From positions 313,365-377,364 of the forward strand of contig NIVC01001024.1 of NCBI GenBank assembly GCA_002269645.1: DNA of 64,000 nt, given 5' to 3'. The position numbers and the translations under genes were made by a program. Every line of letters starts with the position of its first letter. Position 1 is the first letter of the stretch. Positions 63,601 through 64,000 of this stretch are shown here, in pieces. Source of the DNA: Macrostomum lignano. Taxonomy: Eukaryota. The notes beneath the pieces were generated by a model. That model saw nothing but the letters and a program-made list of their open reading frames with translations, made no database searches and was not told where the DNA came from.

Positions 63601-64000
63601 GAGATCAGATTTGGCACCCAGAACGACTGTCAGAGGCTGACGGACTGCCTTACAGGCCTGGGGTTTCGAGTGTCAATCAGAACGAACCTCACGGCAGCTG
63701 AAATCTTGCAAACTGTGCAGCTCTTTGCTGGTGCCAACGACCACGGCCGCTCCTGCGCCTTGGCAATCATGTCCCACGGATATCTGGGAAAAATTTTGGG
63801 ATGCGACGAAAGGACTGTGAAAGAAGCAGATATTCTTGATCAGCTGAGCAAAGGCAGTGGGCTTCAGGGTAGATCAAAGTTTGTTGTGTTTCAAGCGTGC
63901 AGGCCATTGGAAGAACAGCATTCCAGCAGCTCAGCAGAGCGATTGATTAGACCCTATCCCGACATGGTGATTGCTCACTGCACCTCCCCAGAGGAGTTCG
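60699..64000 (+). pseudogene. Tandem paralog of the four-module caspase gene, disrupted; runs off the window end
   Basis: Probable exons 60699-60744, 61110-61166, ~61416-62616, 62694-62817, 62900->64000. Co-linear with gene 1 (DRPGVALILTEG vs DRTGFAMILTEG). TGG>TGA at 61694 and frameshifts near 61735, 62220, 63155 and 63330. The last domain keeps SHG (63772-63780) and QACR (63892-63903) in a frame absent from the ORF track. Confidence 0.8.
60870..60975 (+). mobile_element. Degenerate 3' fragment of SINE family A in intron 1
   Basis: GGCCGCTGTACACCCTGTG...GGCGCGCTTG...GCTCAGGAGTC matches the SINE body. Confidence 0.5.

Overview
Eukaryotic (invertebrate metazoan) genomic DNA, about two-thirds repeats and transposable elements. 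The GC-rich poly-Ala exons in AT-rich introns resemble a free-living flatworm such as Macrostomum, but that is a guess. Host genes: (1) a spliced capicua-like gene on + (16216-23604) encoding only the CIC-L N-terminal modules, with no HMG box found; (2) an intronless GT7-family beta-1,4-galactosyl/GalNAc-transferase on - (25958-27121); (3) two tandem, unusual caspase-family genes on + (54714-58935, apparently intact, about 1016 aa; 60699->64000, disrupted). Each caspase gene appears to chain four caspase-fold modules, and only the last keeps the His/Cys dyad. This is the most novel feature of the window. Mobile DNA: a 7.2-kb CMC/EnSpm-like TIR element carrying a spliced DUF4806-like pseudogene; a near full-length LOA/R1-like LINE (32244-38139) plus a 5'-truncated copy with a 12-bp TSD; an internally deleted mariner; a DD41D (rosa-type) Tc1/mariner with long TIRs; a solo LTR with a 4-bp TSD; two tRNA-derived SINE families; MITE/foldback structures; a 4.7-kb unit bounded by ~620-bp inverted repeats that each hold a coding exon; and many satellites. 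All gene models were spliced by hand and no database searches were run. Most short ORFs in the supplied track are artefacts of repeats or antisense frames.
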